Positions 12,001 to 20,666 of a DNA stretch of 64,000 nucleotides are shown in pieces. The notes below the pieces were generated by a model. That model worked only from the letters and a program-made list of their open reading frames with translations. It searched no databases and had not been told where the DNA came from. The translations under genes were made by a program, and so were the position numbers. Every line of letters starts with the position of its first letter. Position 1 is the first letter of the stretch. This DNA is from an uncultured virus (IMG/VR IMGVR_UViG_3300032225_002203) (lineage: Duplodnaviria; Heunggongvirae; Uroviricota; Caudoviricetes): IMG/VR virus record IMGVR_UViG_3300032225_002203, one strand, 5' to 3'.

Positions 12001-13031
12001 TGTGAAATACTTCTTAAATTAACTTTATACTTATTTTTAATAATATTTGATTTACTTTCTTGTGTATTTAAAATAATACCAAATTCACCAATAGCAATAG
12101 TTCTTTCAGGAATACTATAAGTAAATCCTTGATAAACATAACTTTGAACATCATGCTTAATAATATCATAGTAGTTAATTTCAAATAAATTATTATAATC
12201 AACACGGTTTCTTAAAATCCAGTTATGTCTTTCAATAAATTCAATGGGTTGTGCTAAAAGTGTCGTTGGATAATAACCATTTAATAGTCTTGATAGGTGA
12301 TATTGTTTATTAGCATTAACACTACCTTTTTTAACAGATACACTATATCTGACACATTGTTCATAAATATCTAAATCGGCTTCTCTTACTAAAGTACCAT
12401 TAGTATATCTATAAATGCCATTTTCTTCACTGCTATATTGATATTCAATAGTAGCACCTAAATCTTGAACAATTGTATAATTACTAGTAAAATAAGTATT
12501 AGGATCGGCAGAGCTTAATAAAACAACATTTATCTTTTGATCTTTAACCAAAACTCTATGTCCTTCAACTAAAAGAACATTATCAATCACATATGTTTTA
12601 TTAACTACGGTTAAATCAATCTGTTCAGTTGTAGCAGCATCTACATAGTAAAAATTTTTAGAAGCATCTTTTATTAATCTATTAGGAGTAAATAAATTCT
12701 TTAATGTCAAACCATATTCAGTTAAATACTTTGAATAATCATTATAAGTACCTTTATCAATTGGAGTAGCATGTTGAGGTGGTAAAGCAGTGCTACTATA
12801 AAGAGAACCAATAGTAGTATCGGCACTAATATACCAATCTCTGGATTGATAATTACCTAAAATATCATAAATATTAGTAAGATTATTTACAGGTAAATAT
12901 GTGGCACCACTCAATATTCTTGAATAATATCTTGTTGCTTTTAATTCTTGTTTTAAATAGTCAAAATCATTCTTCGATATAGAATCATCGTTGGCGAACC
13001 ATTTGTTATAATCACTGTTGTATTTCCACAT
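6009..13031 (-). CDS. Giant multidomain virion/tail-fibre protein (2340 aa): propeller-like repeats, NHL repeats, C-terminal W-x-x-G pentapeptide repeats
   Basis: Fibre-type motif ATTEQIDL...GHRVLVKDQ; VVVGELNTILYTKNAGSTW; repeated AG..G(Y/F)TGDGG.A; WYKGTWLYGRWFGGTWQSGVW. Confidence 0.75.
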   Translation of the reverse strand: MWKYNSDYNKWFANDDSISKNDFDYLKQELKATRYYSRILSGATYLPVNNLTNIYDILGNYQSRDWYISADTTIGSLYSSTALPPQHATPIDKGTYNDYSKYLTEYGLTLKNLFTPNRLIKDASKNFYYVDAATTEQIDLTVVNKTYVIDNVLLVEGHRVLVKDQKINVVLLSSADPNTYFTSNYTIVQDLGATIEYQYSSEENGIYRYTNGTLVREADLDIYEQCVRYSVSVKKGSVNANKQYHLSRLLNGYYPTTLLAQPIEFIERHNWILRNRVDYNNLFEINYYDIIKHDVQSYVYQGFTYSIPERTIAIGEFGIILNTQESKSNIIKNKYKVNLRSISQTSQYYWICGDENTLLRVRKHDFNIDRILLEEVPTNLPKLIKSNLTSVSFYNDLVGVVVGELNTILYTKNAGSTWERIEVDGFSEYNYNKVIYSTNSSFYVAGNVGVLIEFVNSISGWTAYKRRVSQIEDSVDEYLLVENINDMYKTNISTWGVSYSYYTQSIPTNKELLFLVTNNNKLVAYDINNSFSQVGSDFIYFDFGQDYKDIRNIKRKQGTNIFYFTGTDPISGHDGIFSFNISSFSTLGTGSSYSNTAAGTSATLEYIGYPNQLYDYNGTEMLICGNTSLLGSSTYSTLSFSSLDSTFEEKLKSKMLVVDYDIASKLNFFTDAGDYRLPNSITFSNFTLSSTNAKIGFKPIQHNQTSTNSGTYSETNWLTYWKDTQKTFEYYTNTPLDETKTVLISTTFSYYVNPSSFTHSSQQITGSASQMAYLSPSILYATHSRYFNQGTTIASPSVAFDIYLYDYLMVYRVLTSYPVNIGDILKFESSVVDTDLLVNKIVTFGSYKYLYMETDFNQNIINNIQSISDYVTITNLNRYTSVDDLKNRFNNHPISNAYRLDYIDSYGNVTSGTSTVFQISARFNNLTSYYNLQTSVNVGANTQVLPYTVTYQFSGGVSYSVLTNGTTYSFIGGVSASNTISPVAGNGLGGFTGDGGPAILAKINDPIGISYDMLKNLYIVDNANSRIRKVDGNTGIISTIAGSSLTPGVYSGDGTAALTAGLENPIDVAVDMNGDIYIVGATGSTNHVIRKINSTTGKIDVYAGSAPGSPGYNSASENAPIFDPSVQFNGITGICYSIIGLGGGPFGGACLYIADYNNHLVRQIDITTGLIRTVAGDMTLAPGYTGDGGNATAAKLRYPYSVTTDNFGNLYIADSGNYVIRKVDVITGNIDTVAGNGTNGYTGDGGLATSASLGTTNGITFDVVNNLYISSNDGVNKTIRVVNNLTGRISTLTILPAHAFKLASFMSIPYISFSVKNGDIVESHDFVETSATVSGILTFLPNNGDTVLLKLNGTSTTFTFKTSPTLSNDVLIDSTILGCLNNLKTKIEASTAYSTYLIYAEIVSGNTLILTVTNGYGDIPNNNSNWSLIFFKTITTNEVSSILSGSMSVIPVDNNTAVVTINSITTTYTFKNSASFSNPTEVQIGPSVTSTLTNLLKGITTSYVAYISSTSSITGGDTINLRVKSGYGSIPNANSNWQVTYNLTTTSSYVTTNYDMIYTSGFLKFGYSPTYNLMDYLTGLNNPNDVSPKFYATKEYLSMPVYKGIPLDSLTYSTAYIDYNGMTASYDLNSQGNRILFGAGLKFEYDTILINTFVDVVIHGSAIYTTEKLLVMNKYYDSLQNAYVIEFHKRLNFALGDTTISNGGTLDIISRRTLSQISDDLQELNNIQRSKMRSNSWKDQDLFKYDNYQNELNFKIPTDSYAKVLLSDSDTIQQLSAIIYIDYKNELAMNITKLAKEYNVPILNTSMLSGTFSSVYYTDKLYISCSERHDLVDGEGVVLEFTGGAGSSQDLNPQYAGYHVVIKINEYEFLTDIDYANVPTAGSDIGYVKYTKQDPFLNYQPVDLIELGVDGKGKMSLELSIENLKLSNSIYSLINVDFEKYRFRLLDGLNIDTVNLLYSWLLEAELSGAVIGLDNKGGLVWYKGTWLYGRWFGGTWQSGVWMAGDWYGGTWNANTINDKILTVDVDTKTVDLEQSFWYDGRWFDGTWNAGIWNNGRWYAGTWNSGMWHKGIWNDGIWNNGHFEGGIWILGTWNGGVFSCTNEPAYWLDGKWYGGDFENGMWYNGTWEQRKGLSRFGTKAYNSRTANWQAGKWISGSFYSDINTDDNGHLIASDVNKYSIWKTGQWFSGEWYGGIAYNMDFKTGTWYGGILEDIEVIEIDTVNNTITLNGVFYFNAGDNIFIIDNLNNNAYSPLGSDSSPGSYLVLYASQDTTNLRTTVYINQSLSSLVSSVSSPIDTGLKVVSKFSNLNWKGGIWTNGIYDSGLWEGGIWYNGVFNAIWT

Positions 13032-13032
13032 A

Positions 13033-13248
13033 TTATTTTTTTACTTTTAATTCCCAGATTACTGTTTTACTACTCATTAGAGTGCTGCTACTTATAATTT
13101 TAACTTTAGATTTTTTTAAAATCTTTTTTACTTTCTCTATGAATTCTTCATAAGTGTATATATCAACTATATAGTCAGATATATCAATCTTATAGGTTTC
13201 CTTCTCTGAGAAAATCAAATCATATATTAAGTCATCCTCTTTTTTCAC
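13033..13248 (-). CDS. Hypothetical protein (71 aa, GTG start)
   Basis: Abuts the giant gene; ATATATA motif upstream. Confidence 0.6.
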   Translation of the reverse strand: MKKEDDLIYDLIFSEKETYKIDISDYIVDIYTYEEFIEKVKKILKKSKVKIISSSTLMSSKTVIWELKVKK

Positions 13249-13353
13249 TTCCTTTGAGAGTAATGTTTGACTTATATATTAAAATTTAGTAGCTCTTATA
13301 AATGGAAAAGGGTCGGTTAAAATATCAATATATAAAAGAAAATAATCTTCTAA

Positions 13354-14109
13354 ATGAGTAGACAAAAAAGCGAAGTAAAAAGTCAAATTCAAGAGGGAAT
13401 ACAAGAATTTGAATACAAAAAAAATCTTAGAAAGAAGAATTCTTTAACTAAGGAAGAATTTCAAAAGTCAAATGTTCATCTTAGTGAAAAACAACAAAGT
13501 CTGTATAAAGGTATCAGAAATAGTACTTTAACGGTTGTTCACGGACCGGCAGGTACATCTAAAACTTATACTACTTGTTATGCCGCTTTAGCACTTTTAG
13601 CTGATAAAAAAATTGAAAAGATTATTATCACTAAACCTATTCAAGAATCTGGTGAAAATTTAGGTTTCCTACCAGGAAGTATGGAAGATAAATTACATCC
13701 TTATAAGCAATCTTACTACACAACTTTCTGTAAAATTTTAGGTAGAGCAACAGTTGATATGTTATTTGCTACAGAGGAAATAGTATTTGAACCATTGGCT
13801 TATATGAGAGGTTCTACTTATGATAATTGTATAATGTTATTAGATGAGTGTCAAAACGCTTCTATTAAACAATTAATGTTATGGGTTACTCGTTTAGGTA
13901 AAGACTCTAAAGCTGTTATGATGGGCGACACATCACAATATGATGTTAGAAAAAAAGATTCAGGTTATAATGACTTCATTGGCATGGTAGCCGGAATGGA
14001 AGAACTTTGTATGTTTGAGTTTAACAATATAGACATTGTTAGAAATAAATTCTTAATACAAATTGCTGATAGATATGATAAGTATCGTTCAGAACAAAAA
14101 GAATATTAA
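13354..14109 (+). CDS. phoH: PhoH-like ATPase
   Basis: GPAGTSKT, LGFLPG, PLAYMRG, LLDECQN, TRLG, GDTSQYD, DIVRN motifs. Confidence 0.95.
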   Translation: MSRQKSEVKSQIQEGIQEFEYKKNLRKKNSLTKEEFQKSNVHLSEKQQSLYKGIRNSTLTVVHGPAGTSKTYTTCYAALALLADKKIEKIIITKPIQESGENLGFLPGSMEDKLHPYKQSYYTTFCKILGRATVDMLFATEEIVFEPLAYMRGSTYDNCIMLLDECQNASIKQLMLWVTRLGKDSKAVMMGDTSQYDVRKKDSGYNDFIGMVAGMEELCMFEFNNIDIVRNKFLIQIADRYDKYRSEQKEY

Positions 14110-14110
14110 T

Positions 14111-14140
14111 AAAAAACCCACCAATTAGGTGGGTTTTTTT
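14111..14140. terminator. Bidirectional intrinsic terminator
   Basis: AAAAAACCCACC-AATTA-GGTGGGTTTTTTTT between convergent genes. Confidence 0.85.
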
Positions 14141-14142
14141 AT

Positions 14143-15096
14143 TTAATTATCTTCATCAAAGCTTAAAAATTCTTCATCCGTTTCAGGTTCTCTTTCAACA
14201 GCGCCATTACTTTGTACTAAAGTAAAATCGTAGTTATATGATTGTGAGTTAGAAAATCTACCTTTTTCTTCATTAAAATTCTTAAATGTGTCTAAATAAG
14301 GATAATAAGACATACTATAATTATCCAATAAAACATATAAACTTTTTTTAACTGGCTCACCAATACCTTCATCAAATAACATTTCAGTTTTAGCACTTTG
14401 GTCCCACTTACAAATATATTCATTTTCTTTAGCCCAATCTTTAAAGAAGTTAATGTCATGGTCATAAACATAATAAATTCTATCCATGAACTTATATGAT
14501 TTCTCAGGATCTTTATGATCTTTAACATCTTCCCAAAGTAAAGCTCTTGCTCTTACTTTATCATCATCTGAGAAGAATACTAACATTTTAACTTTTTCTG
14601 GATTAACAGCGTAAAGTTTCATAAACTTATTTCTTTCTCTTTGTCTCATACAAGAATTCCAAAGAGATCCTGATCTGTTTCCATTAAAACAATGATAGTT
14701 ATCTTCTAAATAGTATTTTGGAATATCATCACCTTCAACAATCTTTAGCTTAGAAATATCTCTTGAAAAATAAGACTTATAAAGATTTACAAATCTTTCA
14801 ATCAAAGTGTCATTTATTTGCCAGTTCTTAATTGAAAATTCAGTTAGAAACTTTCTAATGAATCTACCAATTTTAATTTTAACACGACCGTTGTTCCAAT
14901 TATCCTCGACTTTTTCGTATTTAGATTTAGGTAAGAATGAAACAACATCAATTTCATTATCAACTCTTTTAACATAGTTACCTTCTTCAACAATGTGTGA
15001 GTGGTCTCCTTGTAAAAGTAAAGCAGCAATAATTGAATCTCTTTGAGCAAATTGAAGAAACTCAAACATTTCGTTATCAAAAATAAGTAATGACAT
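14143..15096 (-). CDS. Conserved phage protein with SCM / RALLW / DRIY / YPYLDTF motifs
   Basis: GSLWNSCMR, ARALLWE, FMDRIYY, YPYLDTF; function unknown. Confidence 0.6.
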   Translation of the reverse strand: MSLLIFDNEMFEFLQFAQRDSIIAALLLQGDHSHIVEEGNYVKRVDNEIDVVSFLPKSKYEKVEDNWNNGRVKIKIGRFIRKFLTEFSIKNWQINDTLIERFVNLYKSYFSRDISKLKIVEGDDIPKYYLEDNYHCFNGNRSGSLWNSCMRQRERNKFMKLYAVNPEKVKMLVFFSDDDKVRARALLWEDVKDHKDPEKSYKFMDRIYYVYDHDINFFKDWAKENEYICKWDQSAKTEMLFDEGIGEPVKKSLYVLLDNYSMSYYPYLDTFKNFNEEKGRFSNSQSYNYDFTLVQSNGAVEREPETDEEFLSFDEDN

Positions 15097-15111
15097 TTTT
15101 ATATATAGTTT

Positions 15112-15324
15112 ATGAAGTTTTTATTAGAATTTAAATTGTTTTTGAAAGAAGGTGACACTGTTCTTGTAGAATATTGGTACAATGATATGGTTACTCCTGT
15201 TAAGATTATTGAGAAAATATCTAAAGTTTCTTATAAAGTTAGTCATAATGTTCCTAATTCTAAAATTCCTAATGCCCCTGATGAAATTATTAAATCTTCT
15301 GATATTATTGATATTAGTCGATAA
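15112..15324 (+). CDS. Small beta-rich (SH3/Tudor-like) protein with capsid-targeting-like N-terminus
   Basis: MKFLLEFKLFLKEGDTVLVEYW; ATATATA 4 nt upstream. Confidence 0.55.
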   Translation: MKFLLEFKLFLKEGDTVLVEYWYNDMVTPVKIIEKISKVSYKVSHNVPNSKIPNAPDEIIKSSDIIDISR

Positions 15325-16546
15325 TGTTTCCTAAAAGATATTGATAAAACATTCTATCATTATCATTTTCCATATCAAGATATTGTTCCTTAACAACTGA
15401 TAACTCTTCTCTTGTCAAATCATCTTTAACAATTTTATCAATCAAATTATCATAATAGTTTTGACCACTATTTGGTGTAAATGTAGAGCTTTGTTTATAA
15501 TGAACTTTACTTCTACTATCATTGATAAGTTCTAAACCAGAACCGTTGTCCATATAAGATTTGCCTTTCTTATTACTTCTACGACTTTTCTTAAATTTAC
15601 CATACTCAATTTCCCAGTCTAAATCATCAACACCATGATCAATAGGTGCATCATCTTGTGGACTTTGGTCATACCAATCATCGTGATATCCATAATCTCT
15701 TCTTCTCCAATCGTTAGATTTTGGAGTATAAGTAGTTGATTTGTAACCACTACCATAACTACCATATGAACCATATGACTTGTATTCTTTTTTAGTCATA
15801 TCTCTTTCAGTTGGAAGACTTTCCCAGTCAACTAATAAACAAGCCATTGCTAAATCTTCAAGGTGTCTAATATCTTGGGTTTCATTAACAGTATGTTCTT
15901 TATAATAACCAACAGAAATATTTGTACACTCTGGAATAATATCAGTAAATTCAGCAGAGTCTGTGTAAACACCACCTTCATCTTTCTTATATTTCATACC
16001 AGATAGGTTCAACTGTCTTGCTAAGGCATCAGCAAAAGCATCAGAACAACATCTTGTAGAAGATTGATAAGTAATAACTGAATCAGTACCACGTCTATCA
16101 AAAGAAAGAATTCTATCATATTTACCTTTGAAGTCTTTAATAGACATAGATGAAGCCAATCCTGAACCAATACAACCAACTTCTTCACCAATAAAAAAGT
16201 AGTAAAGACCTGGAATCTTATTTTTAATTAAGTGTAGCATAACTGTAACACCTGCTTTATCATCAGCACCTAAAGTAGTTTTACCATCTGTGCCAATAAT
16301 ATCTCCGTCTAAAGTATGTACAACTGAGGTTGCTTCTTTAGAAACAGTATCTAAGTGAGAAGCAAATATTGTGCGAGATTCGCCTATTTTATAAAAGTAG
16401 TTACCGTGTGTATCTTTTTGCAAATCTGATGGAAAGATACCTTGTTCTATCATATCTGATACTAATTCATCTTCAGTACCATATGGATATGTACGGCTCG
16501 TCAACCTAATAAATGTTTCAAAAATCATATTATCTTTCTTGTTCAT
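15314..16546 (-). CDS. M28/M20-family zinc peptidase (start revised to 16546; 16528 also possible)
   Basis: SHLDTV, LGADDKAG, GEEVG, FDRRG, NISVGY..EHT metal-ligand motifs; Bacteroidota-type promoter at 16573-16604. Confidence 0.8.
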   Translation of the reverse strand: MNKKDNMIFETFIRLTSRTYPYGTEDELVSDMIEQGIFPSDLQKDTHGNYFYKIGESRTIFASHLDTVSKEATSVVHTLDGDIIGTDGKTTLGADDKAGVTVMLHLIKNKIPGLYYFFIGEEVGCIGSGLASSMSIKDFKGKYDRILSFDRRGTDSVITYQSSTRCCSDAFADALARQLNLSGMKYKKDEGGVYTDSAEFTDIIPECTNISVGYYKEHTVNETQDIRHLEDLAMACLLVDWESLPTERDMTKKEYKSYGSYGSYGSGYKSTTYTPKSNDWRRRDYGYHDDWYDQSPQDDAPIDHGVDDLDWEIEYGKFKKSRRSNKKGKSYMDNGSGLELINDSRSKVHYKQSSTFTPNSGQNYYDNLIDKIVKDDLTREELSVVKEQYLDMENDNDRMFYQYLLGNIID

Positions 16547-16572
16547 GTCGAGCTTGGATTTATTTATGTTTA

Positions 16573-16604
16573 CAAATATACAATATATTTCCACAAAAAA
16601 CAAG
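16573..16604 (-). promoter_or_regulatory. Bacteroidota sigmaA-type promoter
   Basis: Minus strand CTTG-N20-TATATTTG. Confidence 0.65.
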
Positions 16605-16631
16605 TGATAATGGATTTTTAATATATAAATT

Positions 16632-17165
16632 ATGGCATATACAATAGATAAAACACTTTTATGGTCAAATGTAATAACTTTCACATCTGACTCAGGAACT
16701 AAATATTCTGTTAAATTATCAGAATTAAGTAATGGTTCTGGAATATGGACTTTGGATTTTAATTTAATAAGTGGAATGCCAAATAAATCAGAGGTTTTTT
16801 CAACTATGTCTACTTTGTATGAAATTTTAACAGAACCTAATGGTTTATTAGAAAAAAATAATGCTACCAGTGTAGTAGTTTATATTGCTGGTACTAGCAG
16901 AGAAGAAATAGACTTAAAAACTAAAATTTTTACAAGATGGATTAAAAATCCTTGGGAATATAAAATAGATTATAAACCAGAAATAACTATTTTAGGAAAA
17001 AGAGATGCAATATATCCTGATACAAATTTTATACTCATGACAAAAACTGGTAGATTGGAAGAAGTATCTATTACAAGTAATATTAAATACTGCTTCAATT
17101 GTGGATCAGAGAATAAAGATTATAAATTTTGTCCAACTTGCGGAACAAATTTACAACAAGCATAA
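16632..17165 (+). CDS. Hypothetical protein with C-terminal zinc ribbon
   Basis: CFNCG...CPTCG. Confidence 0.7.
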   Translation: MAYTIDKTLLWSNVITFTSDSGTKYSVKLSELSNGSGIWTLDFNLISGMPNKSEVFSTMSTLYEILTEPNGLLEKNNATSVVVYIAGTSREEIDLKTKIFTRWIKNPWEYKIDYKPEITILGKRDAIYPDTNFILMTKTGRLEEVSITSNIKYCFNCGSENKDYKFCPTCGTNLQQA

Positions 17166-17182
17166 ACTTTTTCAATATATAA

Positions 17183-17257
17183 CTTAGCTGTTCGCTACAC
17201 TTATGTCGGGTATCATCAGGATGCCTTTGAGATTTAGAAATGAATCAAAGATATAGG
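17183..17257 (+). promoter_or_regulatory. Structured 5' leader (three-way junction) of the 17279 gene
   Basis: CTTATGTC(17200-07)/GATATAGG(17250-57) encloses GGTATC/GATGCC and TTTGA/TCAAA hairpins. Confidence 0.55.
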
Positions 17258-17278
17258 ATAAAATAAAAATGAATAACT

Positions 17279-18226
17279 ATGGCAAAACAAATTGCTCAAA
17301 CAAGCACGAAACCAAATGCTTGGATCGTATCTTCCAACGACAGAGGAAGAAAATCAATTAAAAATGGGAAAGTCTTCTTAACAGATGGAGACGAATTCGA
17401 AATCGAATTATTTAACCCACTAACCGTTTCAGTTCTCGCTGATATTAAATTAAACGGTCAATCAATCTCAAAAACAGGATTAGTAGTAAAACCAGGACAA
17501 AGGGTTTATTTAGACTGCTTTATTGATGATAGAAAAAAATTCAAATTTTCAACTTACGAAATTGAAAACTCTGGAGAAGCATTAGACGCAACTCAGAACA
17601 ATGGTCTTTTGGAAGTTTTCTTCTACAAAGAAGATGTTATCACTTTAGATAACTGGCAAAGAAAGTTTGATAGAGTCATTGTTGAAAAGTGGTATCCGGT
17701 TTATTATCCTACCTATCCATCTTATCCTTACTACAGACCTAGTGTTTGGTTTGGAACAACAAATCCTTATAACACCGTCATAACAACTAATGGTTCAGGT
17801 ATTATAGGAACAACAACTACATCAAATGCTTATTACTCAAGTAATAATATTGTAAATTGTAGTTATACATCTGGTGTTGATTTATCCAATCTTAATATTG
17901 GTGGTTCAAATAATATGACTCCTATCAACTCAATTGAAACAGGTAGAGTTGAAAAGGGTGAAGTTTCAAAACAAAAATTCACTGAGATAGAAATGGATTT
18001 TGAAAAGAATTATATCTCTTCAACTATTATCCAAATCTTACCAGAAAGTAGAAAGCCGGTTGAAACAAAGGATATCTTCAATAAGAAAACAGGAGAAATA
18101 AATGTGAAAAAAGAATCTAATGAAGTAATTGAACTAATCAAAAAATTAGCCGATTTACATTCAGCCGGAATCTTAACAGATGAAGAGTTCTCTGAAAAGA
18201 AATCAGAATTACTAAGTAAAATATAA
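17279..18226 (+). CDS. Hypothetical protein: beta-rich N-terminal domain, low-complexity middle, C-terminal SHOCT domain
   Basis: LIKKLADLHSAGILTDEEFSEKKSELL fits the SHOCT pattern. Confidence 0.7.
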   Translation: MAKQIAQTSTKPNAWIVSSNDRGRKSIKNGKVFLTDGDEFEIELFNPLTVSVLADIKLNGQSISKTGLVVKPGQRVYLDCFIDDRKKFKFSTYEIENSGEALDATQNNGLLEVFFYKEDVITLDNWQRKFDRVIVEKWYPVYYPTYPSYPYYRPSVWFGTTNPYNTVITTNGSGIIGTTTTSNAYYSSNNIVNCSYTSGVDLSNLNIGGSNNMTPINSIETGRVEKGEVSKQKFTEIEMDFEKNYISSTIIQILPESRKPVETKDIFNKKTGEINVKKESNEVIELIKKLADLHSAGILTDEEFSEKKSELLSKI

Positions 18227-18248
18227 AATAAATAAGTGAACAGCTAAG

Positions 18249-18278
18249 AAAGAGAGACAAAATAGTCTCTCTTTTTTT
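18249..18278 (+). terminator. Intrinsic terminator
   Basis: AAAGAGAGAC-AAAATA-GTCTCTCTTTTTTT. Confidence 0.85.
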
Positions 18279-18289
18279 ATATATAGACT

Positions 18290-19636
18290 ATGATTAAAAA
18301 GTATCTACAATTTATTTCAGAATCTATTAAAGAACAAATAGAAGAGAAAACTCTTTGGAAACTAACCGAAGATGATATCACTGATTATATGTTAGAAATA
18401 ACAGATGCTGGTTATATAGTTAGTGTTTATTTTGGATTTTGTGAAAAGATAACAGAACATCGTTATAACAAACCATCAATCGAAAAAGATGTTTATACTG
18501 ATAAAGTAAAAGCTGGTGATAAAGTTAGACCGGCTTATTGGATTCAAATAATAAAAGGTCAAAGACTTAAAAATGATGATGTTACTTCTACATTTCAATT
18601 TGCTTGCTCAATTATAGAAGAAGAAGCAAATGCTGAAATATCAATACACGACGCAGATGGTAATATCGGTGATATAGATGGTATAGAAATTAAAGGAGGT
18701 TTATTTTTTACAGATAACTGGAATTCAAGTGAACCTGAGTCATTAGAAGCTAATGATTATATTGCTATTTTTGCCAAATCAAAAGAAACTGTTGAATTCA
18801 CTGAAGAAGATCTTGTAAAATATTATGACTGGTCGGATGCTATTATTAAAGATGATAAAGTTTATGTTGAAGTTAACTTAGAAGATATGTCTGATATTAT
18901 GTTATCAAGAAAGTCTGACTATAAAGATATTTTAGTAAACGGAGAAGAAAATATGTATGATAATTATTATGGTTCTGATTATCAACCAGATATTCCATCA
19001 ATGATTCAATATACCTTAACCAAAGAGAACAATAGTCTTTTAATAAAAGCTATGATTAAAGAAGTCGGTGGATTAGAAAGTATGATTAATCATATCGGTG
19101 ATGAATGTTCTGATGAAGCATATGAAAGTGTTAAAGGAAAATCAGAAGAAGAAGTTATTGAGTTTCTATTAAAAGAAAGATTCTATGAAACTCTAAAACA
19201 ATTATGTAAAAATTCTGAAATATGTCAAGAAATTAGACAAACTATTGGAGATTGGGAAATGAATGCCCACGTTGATTCAAACTATCAGTCAATTCTTGAT
19301 GAATTTGATGAAGTAGTTGAGAGTGAATTCACATATACAAAGGAAAGAAGAGAAGTTACTAAACACTATACATCAAAAGACGCTGAAGGAAATCAAACCA
19401 GAAGAGAGTATCAAGAACTTGATACATTTTATACTATTCCTTATAGCAATGATTGGATAGATAGTGAAGATGCTGATAGATTAAAAGGTAATAGTTTATT
19501 TGATATATTCAAAGACTGGTGTGGTGAACAATATTTTACTTATGAGATGAAGCCAAATTTCTCTGACTATGGTGATGTAGATTCAAAAGCACTTAACCAG
19601 GAAATAAAAGGAGATTTAGAAAGATATCTTAAATAG
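18290..19636 (+). CDS. Acidic hypothetical protein with capsid-targeting-like N-terminus
   Basis: MIKKYLQFISES; ATATATA at 18279-18285. Confidence 0.75.
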   Translation: MIKKYLQFISESIKEQIEEKTLWKLTEDDITDYMLEITDAGYIVSVYFGFCEKITEHRYNKPSIEKDVYTDKVKAGDKVRPAYWIQIIKGQRLKNDDVTSTFQFACSIIEEEANAEISIHDADGNIGDIDGIEIKGGLFFTDNWNSSEPESLEANDYIAIFAKSKETVEFTEEDLVKYYDWSDAIIKDDKVYVEVNLEDMSDIMLSRKSDYKDILVNGEENMYDNYYGSDYQPDIPSMIQYTLTKENNSLLIKAMIKEVGGLESMINHIGDECSDEAYESVKGKSEEEVIEFLLKERFYETLKQLCKNSEICQEIRQTIGDWEMNAHVDSNYQSILDEFDEVVESEFTYTKERREVTKHYTSKDAEGNQTRREYQELDTFYTIPYSNDWIDSEDADRLKGNSLFDIFKDWCGEQYFTYEMKPNFSDYGDVDSKALNQEIKGDLERYLK

Positions 19637-19637
19637 A

Positions 19638-19832
19638 TTAATTTGTAACTAAAATCAAATTATCTTTAATTACAAATCTAAAATCACCATCTTCTAAAAC
19701 CATAATAACATCTTTATGATTACTACTTCTTATAGAAATTGGTAATGAATTTTGATTGTTATAAACAAACCTACGGACTTTTTCTTTTAATTCTGAGTTA
19801 CTTATATCATTTGATAGATTAAGTTCTTTCAT
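19638..19832 (-). CDS. Hypothetical protein (64 aa)
   Basis: Fills the gap downstream of the Nudix gene. Confidence 0.5.
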   Translation of the reverse strand: MKELNLSNDISNSELKEKVRRFVYNNQNSLPISIRSSNHKDVIMVLEDGDFRFVIKDNLILVTN

Positions 19833-19837
19833 ATTGA

Positions 19838-20401
19838 TTATGGTTTAAGGTAGTCTTTAACTTTCATTAACATATAATCTGTAATCAAATCAGAAGGATT
19901 AAGTGAGTTAATATATTTAATATCTACTTTTACAGACTTACTCATTTCTTCTTCTTTAGATCCGTCTCCTTTAGCAACTACTTCGTGATAATCTCTTTCA
20001 TTCAAAGGAATTAAGAAAGGATGATATCTATTAGATATTGCTTTACTAATGTAAAGAGGTTTCATATCCTCAAATTGAAAGTCATCTCTAATAACAATAC
20101 CTGCTTCTTCTTCAAGTTCTCTTCTTAAAGCAGATTCAACAGTTTCACCGTTTTCAATACCACCACATACTAAAGTAACGTGATATTCTTGACCATCAAC
20201 ATATTTGAACGTAGGAATATATTCATATCTTAAAACAATTTGATTCGTCTCAATCAAGAAAGGAATACAAACTACACAGTCTCTTTCTTTAAGAATAGAC
20301 CAATCTTCGAATTGAACTACTTGAAAATGATTATCTTGATAAAGAACTTTATCTTTATCTTCAAATTCGTTTTTTGGTTTTAATTTTGAGAACTTTTCCA
20401 T
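19838..20401 (-). CDS. Nudix hydrolase (ADP-ribose pyrophosphatase-like)
   Basis: Nudix box GGIENGETVESALRRELEEEAG. Confidence 0.9.
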   Translation of the reverse strand: MEKFSKLKPKNEFEDKDKVLYQDNHFQVVQFEDWSILKERDCVVCIPFLIETNQIVLRYEYIPTFKYVDGQEYHVTLVCGGIENGETVESALRRELEEEAGIVIRDDFQFEDMKPLYISKAISNRYHPFLIPLNERDYHEVVAKGDGSKEEEMSKSVKVDIKYINSLNPSDLITDYMLMKVKDYLKP

Positions 20402-20427
20402 CAATAGATTAATATTTGTAGTATATA

Positions 20428-20634
20428 TTATTTTCCAAATTTAGCAATATTTTTATATCGTTTTTTAATATCTTCTATTTGGCCCATAGCTTCTTTGAAT
20501 TTATCTTTAATTTCATCATTAACACTGAAGTCTAATATTATACCACAACCTGGACAAACAGAAACAGGATTTACAATTATAAAGTGTAAATCAATACCAA
20601 GAGGAGTTCTACAAGCTGGACAAGGTAAAGCCAT
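20428..20634 (-). CDS. Small zinc-ribbon protein with C-terminal helix
   Basis: CPAC...CPGC. Confidence 0.7.
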   Translation of the reverse strand: MALPCPACRTPLGIDLHFIIVNPVSVCPGCGIILDFSVNDEIKDKFKEAMGQIEDIKKRYKNIAKFGK

Positions 20635-20666
20635 TATTATTTAAATATTTTACTTATATAGTAATT

